24,000 nt of DNA from an uncultured Clostridia bacterium (GTDB lineage: Bacteria > Bacillota > Clostridia > Lutisporales > Lutisporaceae). The position numbers and the translations under genes are program-made. Below are positions 10,791 to 18,474 of this stretch, piece after piece. Under the pieces are notes generated by a model. That model did not search any database. It had not been told where the DNA came from and worked only from the letters and a program-made list of their open reading frames with translations. Positions within the stretch are counted from its first letter, which is position 1; each line of letters opens with the position of its first letter. Location of the stretch: positions 1,346,627 through 1,370,626 of the forward strand of contig OW818645.1 of NCBI GenBank assembly GCA_942492835.1, given 5' to 3'.

Positions 10791-10830
10791 AATTAATATT
10801 TTTAATACTTATTATAAGGAGTGCTTATCA

Positions 10831-11715
10831 ATGGATATTAATTTTGAGCTTTATAAGGTCTTCTATTTTGTAGCTTATAAAAAAAGCTTTTCAGCTGCTG
10901 CCAATAAGCTGTTTATCTCTCAATCCGCAGTCAGTCAATCCATAAGACAGCTAGAGCAAAAGCTTGGCTGTGCATTGTTCTTCCGAAATACAAAAAAGGT
11001 TAGACTGACCCATGAAGGACAGGCTCTGTTTACCTATATTGAACAAGCCTTTAACTTTATAAAGACCGGAGAAAAGAGATTAGAGGATATGAATTCCCTT
11101 GTTTCCGGAGAAATAAAGATTGGTGCCAGTGATACTATATGTAAATACTATCTTATGTCATATTTTAAGCGTTTCAACGAGAAATATCCGGGTATTAAAA
11201 TAAAAGTGACAAACAGAACCTCTCCAAAATGCATCGAACTGCTCAAAAATGGCAGTGTGGATTTTAGTGTAATAAACATCCCCGAAAATACTGATTTTCC
11301 TCAATTAGAGTTCAAAAAAAGCAGAGCAGTAAAGGATGTTTTTATTGTAGGCAGTAATTATTCACACTTGAAGGATAAGCATTTATCTCTAAAGGATTTA
11401 GAACAACTACCCTTACTGGTGCTTGAAAAAAACACTATAACCAGAGATTACTTTGATAGTATTATGAATAGCAATGAAATAAATATAACCCCTGATGTAG
11501 AGTCAGGAAGTATAGACGTATTAATCGATATGGCAAAAATCGGTCTTGGTGTAGCATTTGTGCCTGATGTATGTGTAGAGACTGCTGTTTTGCGAGGTGA
11601 AGTTCATATACTGAATTTGAAGGAAAATGTGGCTGAAAGATATATGGGAGTAGTGACTCATAAAAACTTTCCTCTATCTATCGCAGCAGTTAAGTTTTTA
11701 GAGATGCTTATATAA
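10831..11715 (+). CDS. LysR-family transcriptional regulator
   Basis: N-terminal wHTH FSAAANKLFISQSAVSQSIRQLEQKLG, then a periplasmic-binding-fold effector domain. Start set at ATG 10831 (MDINFELYKVF...) with AAGGAG 8 nt upstream. Confidence 0.9.
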   Translation: MDINFELYKVFYFVAYKKSFSAAANKLFISQSAVSQSIRQLEQKLGCALFFRNTKKVRLTHEGQALFTYIEQAFNFIKTGEKRLEDMNSLVSGEIKIGASDTICKYYLMSYFKRFNEKYPGIKIKVTNRTSPKCIELLKNGSVDFSVINIPENTDFPQLEFKKSRAVKDVFIVGSNYSHLKDKHLSLKDLEQLPLLVLEKNTITRDYFDSIMNSNEINITPDVESGSIDVLIDMAKIGLGVAFVPDVCVETAVLRGEVHILNLKENVAERYMGVVTHKNFPLSIAAVKFLEMLI

Positions 11716-11735
11716 ATTTTATAGAGTTAAAAAAT

Positions 11736-11763
11736 AAATGGTAATACCAAGGTATTACCATTT
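11736..11763. terminator. Shared hairpin between the convergent LysR and purD-like genes
   Basis: Perfect 13-bp arms AAATGGTAATACC / GGTATTACCATTT. On the minus strand it is followed by ATTTTTT. Confidence 0.6.
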
Positions 11764-11772
11764 AAATAACTT

Positions 11773-13110
11773 TTATAGATATTTCGCCATTTCAGCCAAT
11801 TTCTCTTTACTTCCTATATCATTTCTCCAGTCTAAATCTCCTATGATGCATTTCTTTACAAGCTCATAGACTTTATTTCTGATATCTTCTAAGCTATTAC
11901 CTGCCATTACTACAGCCACTAGTCTAGAAGTACCTACTGATAAATATTTGCCATCTTCTGCCTTTATACAAGAACCAAAAAAGACATTAGCACCATGGTT
12001 TTGTATTTCGTCTATGTTTACACCAAATTCTACCTGAGCTTTTGATGTACTTGAAGGATAATCTTTAGAAACTGCATAAACAACAATTGATGCTTCTTTC
12101 TTAAATTTACATACTTCTTGCGATAGGCTTCCATTAATGCAAGCTTCAATTAAATCTATAAATGGTGTTTCTAATACTGCCAGTACATTCATAACCTCTG
12201 GATCTCCAAACCTTGCATTAAATTCCATTAACCTTAGCGAACCATCTTTTAGCTTGAAGAACCCTCCATTTAGTACACCGTTAAATATAATACCATTTTT
12301 GTTCAGTTCATTTAATACTTTCTGCATCAATTCCTGACACGCATCTAGTTCATTCTGTGAAAGACAAGGCAAACGTCCTGTGTTTTGAGTGAAGCAGCCC
12401 ATACCTCCCGTACCAGGTCCTTCATCTCCATCAAATCGATATGCATAATCATATGTAACAGGTGCTACTACTATTTTATGTCCATCAGTAATACCCATTA
12501 TTGTAAATTCAAAGCCCTCAATCTTTTCTTCCAGCAAGACATTTCCACCATCTTTTAGTATAGCTTCTGCATATTGATATGCCTCATCTACACTTTTTAG
12601 ATGCTCTCCCATTACCTTTACGCCTTTTCCTCCAGTTAGTCCGTCTGGTTTAACCACCATTTCTCGCCCAACAAATTTGTCAAAGCCTTGTTTAAGCTCA
12701 TCAACTGAATTGATAACAGCATGTTTAGGGTTATATGAAGGATCAACTTCGTTTACCACATTTCGTGCATAAGTCTTACTCCACTCAATCTTTGCACCTT
12801 CCTTTGTAGCACCGAAGGTTGGTATAGAAGCTTCTCGCAAGCAATCTACCACACCTGCTTCAAGTATTGCATCACTACTTACTATAGCAATATCTATCTT
12901 CTGTTCAACTGCGAACCTGCTAACTAATAGACCGTCCTTTTGATTTCCTACAATATACTTACCGCCTGTTTGGTTAACAATTGAGGTTATAGTTGGATTT
13001 TCATGGGATAAAACAGCGTATACTATACAACCATTCTGCATTAAACTATATGCCATAGTAGCCTCTCTACAGTTATTCCCGACTACTAAACATTTCTTAT
13101 TATTCATCAT
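11773..13110 (-). CDS. purD: Phosphoribosylamine--glycine ligase family ATP-grasp enzyme with a divergent N-terminal motif
   Basis: PurD-like blocks: FGATKEGAKIEWSKTYA, VVKPDGLTGGKGV, GPGTGGMG and EFNARFGDPE. GGGAGGA SD. Two adjacent ATGs at 13110 and 13107, the second with better spacing. The usual GSGGREHA is replaced by GNNCREAT. Confidence 0.75.
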   Translation of the reverse strand: MMNNKKCLVVGNNCREATMAYSLMQNGCIVYAVLSHENPTITSIVNQTGGKYIVGNQKDGLLVSRFAVEQKIDIAIVSSDAILEAGVVDCLREASIPTFGATKEGAKIEWSKTYARNVVNEVDPSYNPKHAVINSVDELKQGFDKFVGREMVVKPDGLTGGKGVKVMGEHLKSVDEAYQYAEAILKDGGNVLLEEKIEGFEFTIMGITDGHKIVVAPVTYDYAYRFDGDEGPGTGGMGCFTQNTGRLPCLSQNELDACQELMQKVLNELNKNGIIFNGVLNGGFFKLKDGSLRLMEFNARFGDPEVMNVLAVLETPFIDLIEACINGSLSQEVCKFKKEASIVVYAVSKDYPSSTSKAQVEFGVNIDEIQNHGANVFFGSCIKAEDGKYLSVGTSRLVAVVMAGNSLEDIRNKVYELVKKCIIGDLDWRNDIGSKEKLAEMAKYL

Positions 13111-13160
13111 AAATCCTCCCTTATCATATGTTATAAAAACACATCCTAATAGATATATAT

Positions 13161-13190
13161 ATTATGCTATGAATAAAGACTGACTGTCAA
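13161..13190 (-). promoter_or_regulatory. Sigma-A-type promoter for the purD-like gene
   Basis: On the minus strand: TTGACA (13190-13185), 18 nt, then CATAAT (13166-13161). This leaves a ~50-nt leader, too short for a riboswitch. Confidence 0.4.
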
Positions 13191-13240
13191 AGAAATTAGA
13201 TATTAAATTTTCTACATAATATTATTAGTATTGCTTATAT

Positions 13241-13284
13241 AAAAACAACCCAAAAGGGAATATATGTATGATATATTCCCTTTT
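13241..13284 (-). terminator. Rho-independent terminator after fni
   Basis: Perfect 14-bp stem AAAAGGGAATATAT (13252-13265) / ATATATTCCCTTTT (13271-13284) with a 5-nt loop. On the minus strand it is followed by GGGTTGTTTTT. It begins 8 nt after the fni stop. Confidence 0.8.
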
Positions 13285-13291
13285 ATAATCT

Positions 13292-14338
13292 TTACAAAAA
13301 CTTCTGTTTGTAGAGTTGGTATAGCTCACCCTTTAATTGATAAGGCGTTTTTGCGAGTTTTTCAACATTTTGTGCCCCTAATAGCAGCATAAAAACCTTA
13401 ACCTCATATTTTATCTTCGAAATAGTAGCTGTTGCAGCTTCAAATCCATTATCAAGCAGTTCTCTTAGTATTAAACCACTTATACCCGATATAGCTGCAC
13501 CCATACACATTGCTTTAACCACTTCCTCAGCTTTTGTTATGCCTCCACTGCAAATTATTTTCATATTTGATGAGGATTTCCTACATTCTAAAAGGCTAAG
13601 TGCGGTAGGTATACCCCATTGCTTCAAAAATGAATAGTCATTTTCTTTGTTACGCCCAGCTTCAATGGCTATAAAATTTGTTCCGCCCTTACCTCCCACG
13701 TCAATATATTCCACGCCAACCTGATGTAGCTTCCTGGCAACTTCATATGAAATCCCGAAGCCCACCTCTTTCACGATTACAGGAATCTTAGTCTGTTTGA
13801 CTATTTGAGTTATGTTTGCCAAAGTACCCTTAAAGTGCCTTTCGCCTTCCTGCATACATATCTCTTGTGGAGTATTTAGGTGCAGCTGCAACGCATCTGC
13901 TTGTATCATATCAATAGCCCTGCAAGCATCCTCATAACTATTATTAGCACCTATATTGGCTATTACTATTCCTTCTTTGTTTATTTCTCTTACGATTTTA
14001 AAGCTATTCTCAGCCTGCTTATTCTGTATTGCTATAGTCTGGGAACCTACTGCTATAGGTATATTAAAGTCTCGGGCTAGGATAGCTAATTTTTCGTTTA
14101 TCTCTGCTGTGTAATCCGTGCCTCCTGTAACTGCATTAATCATAATAGGCAGGTCAATTGATTTATTCAAAAATATATGGCTGGTACTTATTTCCTCAAA
14201 GTCAATCTCAGGCAAAGCATTATTCTGTAATACAATATCACAAAACAAATTATGGTTTTCATTTGGATGTTGAAGAAACATATTTATATGCTCATCCTTT
14301 CGAGATGCCCTTATGTCATTTTTTTCATCATTATTCAT
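13292..14338 (-). CDS. fni: Type 2 (FMN-dependent) isopentenyl-diphosphate delta-isomerase
   Basis: SRKDEHI near the N-terminus, then TIM-barrel FMN enzyme motifs VKEVGFGIS, GGKGGTNF and SGGI. Start set at ATG 14338 (MNNDEKN...). The track start at 14380 is a TTG with no SD. Confidence 0.85.
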   Translation of the reverse strand: MNNDEKNDIRASRKDEHINMFLQHPNENHNLFCDIVLQNNALPEIDFEEISTSHIFLNKSIDLPIMINAVTGGTDYTAEINEKLAILARDFNIPIAVGSQTIAIQNKQAENSFKIVREINKEGIVIANIGANNSYEDACRAIDMIQADALQLHLNTPQEICMQEGERHFKGTLANITQIVKQTKIPVIVKEVGFGISYEVARKLHQVGVEYIDVGGKGGTNFIAIEAGRNKENDYSFLKQWGIPTALSLLECRKSSSNMKIICSGGITKAEEVVKAMCMGAAISGISGLILRELLDNGFEAATATISKIKYEVKVFMLLLGAQNVEKLAKTPYQLKGELYQLYKQKFL

Positions 14339-14448
14339 TCTATCACCTATATTTTCCACACGTGCTATTTTATATATCAATTTTACCCATATAATTAAAA
14401 ATTATATCCTTATGTCATTATATCATAATCAACCAAAGCTATTATCTT

Positions 14449-14580
14449 TTACCCTTTTCTCAACTTTTCTGGAAACTTAGGTTGGTGCATCCATATATAA
14501 GAATTAGTATTCGCATCTGCATTAGCAAGCAATAATGCGAGTGCAGCAATAAGGCTTAATATTATTTCTTCAAATTTCAT
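14449..14580 (-). CDS. agrD: AgrD-family cyclic autoinducing-peptide precursor (43 aa), not in the ORF track
   Basis: Hand translation: MKFEEIILSLIAALALLLANADANTNSYIWMHQPKFPEKLRKG*. The ATG overlaps the agrB TGA stop (ATGA at 14577-14580). It has an amphipathic N-terminal leader, a mid-region and a charged C-terminal tail with HQP...PE.L, as in clostridial AgrDs. It sits immediately downstream of agrB. Confidence 0.8.
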   Translation of the reverse strand: MKFEEIILSLIAALALLLANADANTNSYIWMHQPKFPEKLRKG

Positions 14581-15191
14581 TGTAGTCCCCCCCTCTCATC
14601 CTGTATACAATTTCCTGTAAAAAGTGGAGTTAAGGTAATGCCCTCAAAAATCATTGCAATAGCCGCAATGTTGCAGAAAGTTAATAGCATTGGATTAATA
14701 AAGTATGTAGTAACTATAATGAATATTTCCAGCATCAATACAATTATACTTCTTCTTCTAAAGATTTTTTTCTCATTTCCTACCATTCTTTTATTTGGTG
14801 TATCAACAGGTGCATAAAATAAAACCAACACCCCTGCTAAAAACAATATTATAGTTGTATAAATAAATAGACTACTTATAAAATAATTCTTTACTATCCA
14901 TATTGATAAGATTGTTATCACCGATGTTACTAAAAAACATTTCAAATATGTATCTGTATGAAAACCTCCAGCATTAATTCTTAATAGACTAAAGGCAGTA
15001 ATAAACACTATTGCCTCCATAATCCACCCAAGTATCCATGCAATAATCATTAATCCTGTAAACTTAGCAATTCCAGATATCATCACTTGTAACCCATACA
15101 TATAAACTTCCCAATCATCAAAGGAAATTATTTCTTTGTCTAACAGCCTCTGAGTTATTTTTTTAGATAATCTATCAATCAACCTACCCAC
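14577..15191 (-). CDS. agrB: AgrB-family accessory gene regulator protein B (AgrD-processing membrane peptidase)
   Basis: About 200 aa, polytopic. Catalytic His/Cys context INAGGFHTDTYLKC matches the AgrB family. The start is uncertain: GTG 15191 lies inside the SD-like GAGGG, while in-frame TTG 15182 lies 8 nt after it and is likelier. Confidence 0.88.
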   Translation of the reverse strand: MGRLIDRLSKKITQRLLDKEIISFDDWEVYMYGLQVMISGIAKFTGLMIIAWILGWIMEAIVFITAFSLLRINAGGFHTDTYLKCFLVTSVITILSIWIVKNYFISSLFIYTTIILFLAGVLVLFYAPVDTPNKRMVGNEKKIFRRRSIIVLMLEIFIIVTTYFINPMLLTFCNIAAIAMIFEGITLTPLFTGNCIQDERGGLQ

Positions 15192-15273
15192 CCTCTTCTA
15201 ATAACTAGCAGACTTATATATAACGAAATGTTTATTATTATTAATTCTCTATATAATAAATGGTATATTTTTT

Positions 15274-15306
15274 AAAAAAAGAGTCCACGTTTGGGCTCTT
15301 TTTTTA
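15274..15306 (-). terminator. Terminator between the AgrC-like kinase gene and agrB
   Basis: Stem AGAGTCCA (15280-15287) / TGGGCTCT (15292-15299) with a 4-nt loop. One position is mismatched on the minus-strand RNA. A-run and T-run flank it. It starts 18 nt after the kinase stop. Confidence 0.6.
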
Positions 15307-15323
15307 ACTATAAATATTTAATA

Positions 15324-16646
15324 TTATATCGATATTGGTATAGAAATGTTTGAAATAAAGCACTCTCCATTATCCTCAAAATTTACAATGCCCTCATATT
15401 TTTCAACCGCTTGTCTTATATTGTTCAATCCAAATCCATGATTTGAAGAGTCTTTCTTGCTTGTAAAATTTGCTTTATCATCGCATAGTTCTACTTTAAT
15501 TGCACTTGATTTTGAGTTACATAACTTGATAATAAGGTTATTATTTTGTATATTCATGTCAAATTCAATATATTTGTTTTCCCGTTCTGTTCCCTTACAT
15601 GCTTCCAATGCATTATCTAATAAATTACCAACAATAATTGAAAGATCTATGGATTCTATACCCATTTTTTCTGGTATATCCGCATCAATTTCCATATAGA
15701 TTTTATCTTTTTGTGCCATCATAAGCTTAGTATTTAACAAAACAGTAAGAACAGGATTTCCCGTATCAACAACAATATTGAATTCATTGATCTCATCTAC
15801 CAATCTTTCAATATATTCTTCTGCTTCTTTTCCTTTATTCAATCTTAAAAGTCCATATAAGCAATTTATATGATTGTTAAAATCATGTCTTTGTGAATTC
15901 ATAGATTTAAGCATAGCCTGTATGTTATCTACATAAAACACTTGTCTTTTGTATTCTTGCTCCTTTACTTGCCACTCTGCTTCCTTCTGGCTTTGATTTA
16001 TTATACCTTTAGTTATTCCCAAGATGCATACGCTGAATATAATAGCACCTATAGTTGTGTAAACAATATAACTTGTGCTATTCACTTTTAATGAAAGTAG
16101 CTCTAGATTCTTGTAAAACCACAATGCCATCAGTATTATTATTATATTAAAAACACACACTAGTATAATTTGGTACAAAGCCGTTCTGTTTATGCTCTTC
16201 TTAAATTTTAGTTTAGGTATAAAGTACCATACAATAATAAAATATAATGATTTCGCTATTGAAACTCCAATAATTTTAGGAAGAATTTGAGTATGTATTT
16301 CATTTGGTGTCATTCCAAGTAAATATACAACCAACACCCCGATTCCCTCTGTAACAAACGTTAAGATCATCGCAAGAAATATATACATATAAATGCTGAA
16401 TATGTTCTCTTTAAATATCAGCTTATATAATATTCCTGTAGTTAAAATCATTACCACAAGTCCTACTGCCGCCCCGCTACCAAATATATATCCAATTGCA
16501 GTGTTAATAATTGATTGAGCTATAACTACAAAATAAGTACGCCTCATATCTGAGTTAGCATCCCGTAAAAATCTCTTAACGAAAAATAAAACTAACGCCA
16601 CATCTATTATAGTGGTCAAACATTCCAGTGCCATGTTTAATATCAT
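15324..16646 (-). CDS. AgrC-like (HPK10 family) membrane sensor histidine kinase
   Basis: About 200 aa of multi-TM sensor domain. H-box SQRHDFNNHINCLYGLL, N-box IVGNLLDNALEA and G-box NHGFGLNNIRQ. Start set at ATG 16646 (MILNMALE...) with GGAGGGG 5 nt upstream. The track's 42-codon extension lacks an SD. Confidence 0.88.
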   Translation of the reverse strand: MILNMALECLTTIIDVALVLFFVKRFLRDANSDMRRTYFVVIAQSIINTAIGYIFGSGAAVGLVVMILTTGILYKLIFKENIFSIYMYIFLAMILTFVTEGIGVLVVYLLGMTPNEIHTQILPKIIGVSIAKSLYFIIVWYFIPKLKFKKSINRTALYQIILVCVFNIIIILMALWFYKNLELLSLKVNSTSYIVYTTIGAIIFSVCILGITKGIINQSQKEAEWQVKEQEYKRQVFYVDNIQAMLKSMNSQRHDFNNHINCLYGLLRLNKGKEAEEYIERLVDEINEFNIVVDTGNPVLTVLLNTKLMMAQKDKIYMEIDADIPEKMGIESIDLSIIVGNLLDNALEACKGTERENKYIEFDMNIQNNNLIIKLCNSKSSAIKVELCDDKANFTSKKDSSNHGFGLNNIRQAVEKYEGIVNFEDNGECFISNISIPISI

Positions 16647-17129
16647 GAATACCCCTCCAAAAAATATATTTCTCAATTTCTCAGTACATCTAGTTTTTTT
16701 GTTTACAGGTATTGTTTTATCAATTTCTCTTATATAAATATCATCATTTTTATCTCTATATAGAACACGCAAATTAGTGATATTTGTGTGTTCTGTAAAC
16801 AGCAGAATATATATCAGACTATTTTATAAATGCAGATTGTTTAGTGTGATATATATAACACCTTTGATAATTAATTATGTAAATAGCTCCATATCCAATC
16901 ATCTATCAGCTTGTCCATATTTTCATTAAAATCAAACTAATCTTTCTTAGAATACCTGTCTGTAATTTTTTGTATCTGTAATCCATTTAGCTCTTTTTAT
17001 ATATAAAGATACTATGTACAGGATTACATTCATCACAAGCACCTATAATAACTCTACCTCACCACCTCTGCATAAATAATATAATATCCTTTATATGTAA
17101 AACACATTAGTATAGTTTTATAATACTTT

Positions 17130-17278
17130 ATATTCGACAAAAATGACAGTTTTTTTATAACTTATCACAAATTTTTCATATTTATACTTACTTTCTTCGT
17201 ATTTATACTAAATTTAACGCAAAATTTGTAATATTTTAGCATATTTTATTAAGTTCCGAATACCTTTTTGTCGAATAT
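17130..17278. repeat. 14-bp perfect inverted repeat pair enclosing 21-bp-phased direct repeats
   Basis: ATATTCGACAAAAA (17130-17143) and TTTTTGTCGAATAT (17265-17278). Inside them, TTCATATTTATACT (17175-17188) and TTCGTATTTATACT (17196-17209) match at 13 of 14 positions with a 21-bp period. The right arm overlaps the palindrome CGAATATTCG (17272-17281). Confidence 0.6.
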
Positions 17279-17384
17279 TCGCCTGATTTACAGGTCATGT
17301 ACATTTGCATTTTAGACTATTTATCTTAAATGCAAGTATTTTGTGATTTTTTAATTTTTGTTGAATATTAATATTGCATATATT

Positions 17385-18368
17385 ATGAATACTGGGAAGG
17401 TGATTATTATCAAATTTTATCTATTCTCTAGAACAAGGCTATCTATATTCATTTTGGCTATTTTAGTCATAGCTGTAATTATACTGAAACTGTTATATTC
17501 TAACGCAACAGACTCACATACAGCAAAACTTGTTATGGGAGCAACTCTTCTAAGTCAAAACCATGAACTTGAGTCAAATGCTAAAGCCCCTTTAAAACTA
17601 GATATCAAAAAGTATTTTCGGCCCTCAAAGCTGCCTATATTAAACACTCAAGTTATAAGTGGTGAACCTATTGACACCTACAAAATACAAAGTCCCGAAG
17701 AATCCATAATATACTACTTTAGCTTCCTTAGAGAGGCAGAAAATCTTACAAAGGATAAATCAGGAGGCTGTGGTTCTGTAGGCTCTGCAAAGGCTCCATT
17801 CCCTATAGCCTACAACTTTCTGACTCCTGAGTACCAAAAGAAAGTAAATTTCAATCAATATCTGAAGTCCTTTGAAGGTATTGGACACACCAACCTTATC
17901 AAGTTTAGAAAACTATCACCTGATCTACGTAACCCAAAGGATATGAGATATTTTATTGAAATTGAGACCATAGAAGGTTCTGACAAGGGTGTCACTTATT
18001 TTGCATATTACTATGGATTTATTTATATTCAAAAGCAAGGTGAAAAGTATTTAATATCAGATATGATAATGTATGGAGAAGATTTCTTATGTGCACCTTA
18101 TCATGGATGGTACCATGATGCTGAAAGCAATGTAGCTATTAGATATGGAGATTGGTGCAAACTCATAAAGGAAAAATACCCTGCAAAGCAAGAGGGGTAT
18201 GTAAAACTAATAAGCTTTAAAGGCACTGATGGTAACGACTACATGATTGAGTTTATGCAGCTTACTAATGATACAGATGTGGAGGTAGCTCAGTATAAGA
18301 AAGGGTCTGACGGAAAGTGGCAGGTAATACATCTGAGTCCAGAAAATTGCGTTTCTATGCATCAATAA
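17385..18368 (+). CDS. Hypothetical membrane-anchored protein: one N-terminal TM helix and a ~280-aa extracytoplasmic domain
   Basis: Long ORF with coding-like composition. Hydrophobic segment LSIFILAILVIAVIILKLLY. No motif I can assign. The start is uncertain: ATG 17385 has a weak SD, and the track uses TTG 17358. Confidence 0.65.
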   Translation: MNTGKVIIIKFYLFSRTRLSIFILAILVIAVIILKLLYSNATDSHTAKLVMGATLLSQNHELESNAKAPLKLDIKKYFRPSKLPILNTQVISGEPIDTYKIQSPEESIIYYFSFLREAENLTKDKSGGCGSVGSAKAPFPIAYNFLTPEYQKKVNFNQYLKSFEGIGHTNLIKFRKLSPDLRNPKDMRYFIEIETIEGSDKGVTYFAYYYGFIYIQKQGEKYLISDMIMYGEDFLCAPYHGWYHDAESNVAIRYGDWCKLIKEKYPAKQEGYVKLISFKGTDGNDYMIEFMQLTNDTDVEVAQYKKGSDGKWQVIHLSPENCVSMHQ

Positions 18369-18474
18369 TGTATCTTCAAATCTACATCTTCATTTTATTG
18401 GCACTGAATGTGGAAAATATGATATTATAGACATTAAAAGCGTTATTATAATTCACGTAGAATCGAGGTAATAT

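Noticed and set aside
10741-13250. A purine, ZTP or PRPP riboswitch, or a T-box, upstream of purL or purD.
   Set aside because: Leaders are only about 50-90 nt and lack the conserved junction sequences of the purine aptamer. No long structured leader is present anywhere in the pur cluster. A covariance-model scan would be the formal check.
902-16772. N-terminal extensions in the ORF track: Fe-S protein to 1043, purM to 4419, purF to 5755, purL to 10740, LysR from 10780, fni to 14380 and kinase to 16772.
   Set aside because: In each case an internal ATG is preceded by a well-spaced GGAGG-like SD and begins the conserved protein sequence. The extensions use GTG or TTG, or overlap the upstream gene or a terminator.
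16947-17033. The 28-codon minus-strand ORF MNVILYIVSLYIKRAKWITDTKNYRQVF as a type I toxin or PSM-like peptide gene.
   Set aside because: The hydrophobic stretch is only about 12 residues, too short for a TM helix. Short ORFs with SD-like purine runs arise easily in AT-rich DNA. I mention it under the intergenic-region finding but do not annotate it as a gene.
17130-17278. The 149-bp unit bounded by 14-bp perfect inverted repeats, as a MITE or IS remnant.
   Set aside because: No target-site duplication flanks the arms, no second copy is in this window and no transposase remnant is present. It is kept as a repeat feature. Copy number in the full genome would decide.
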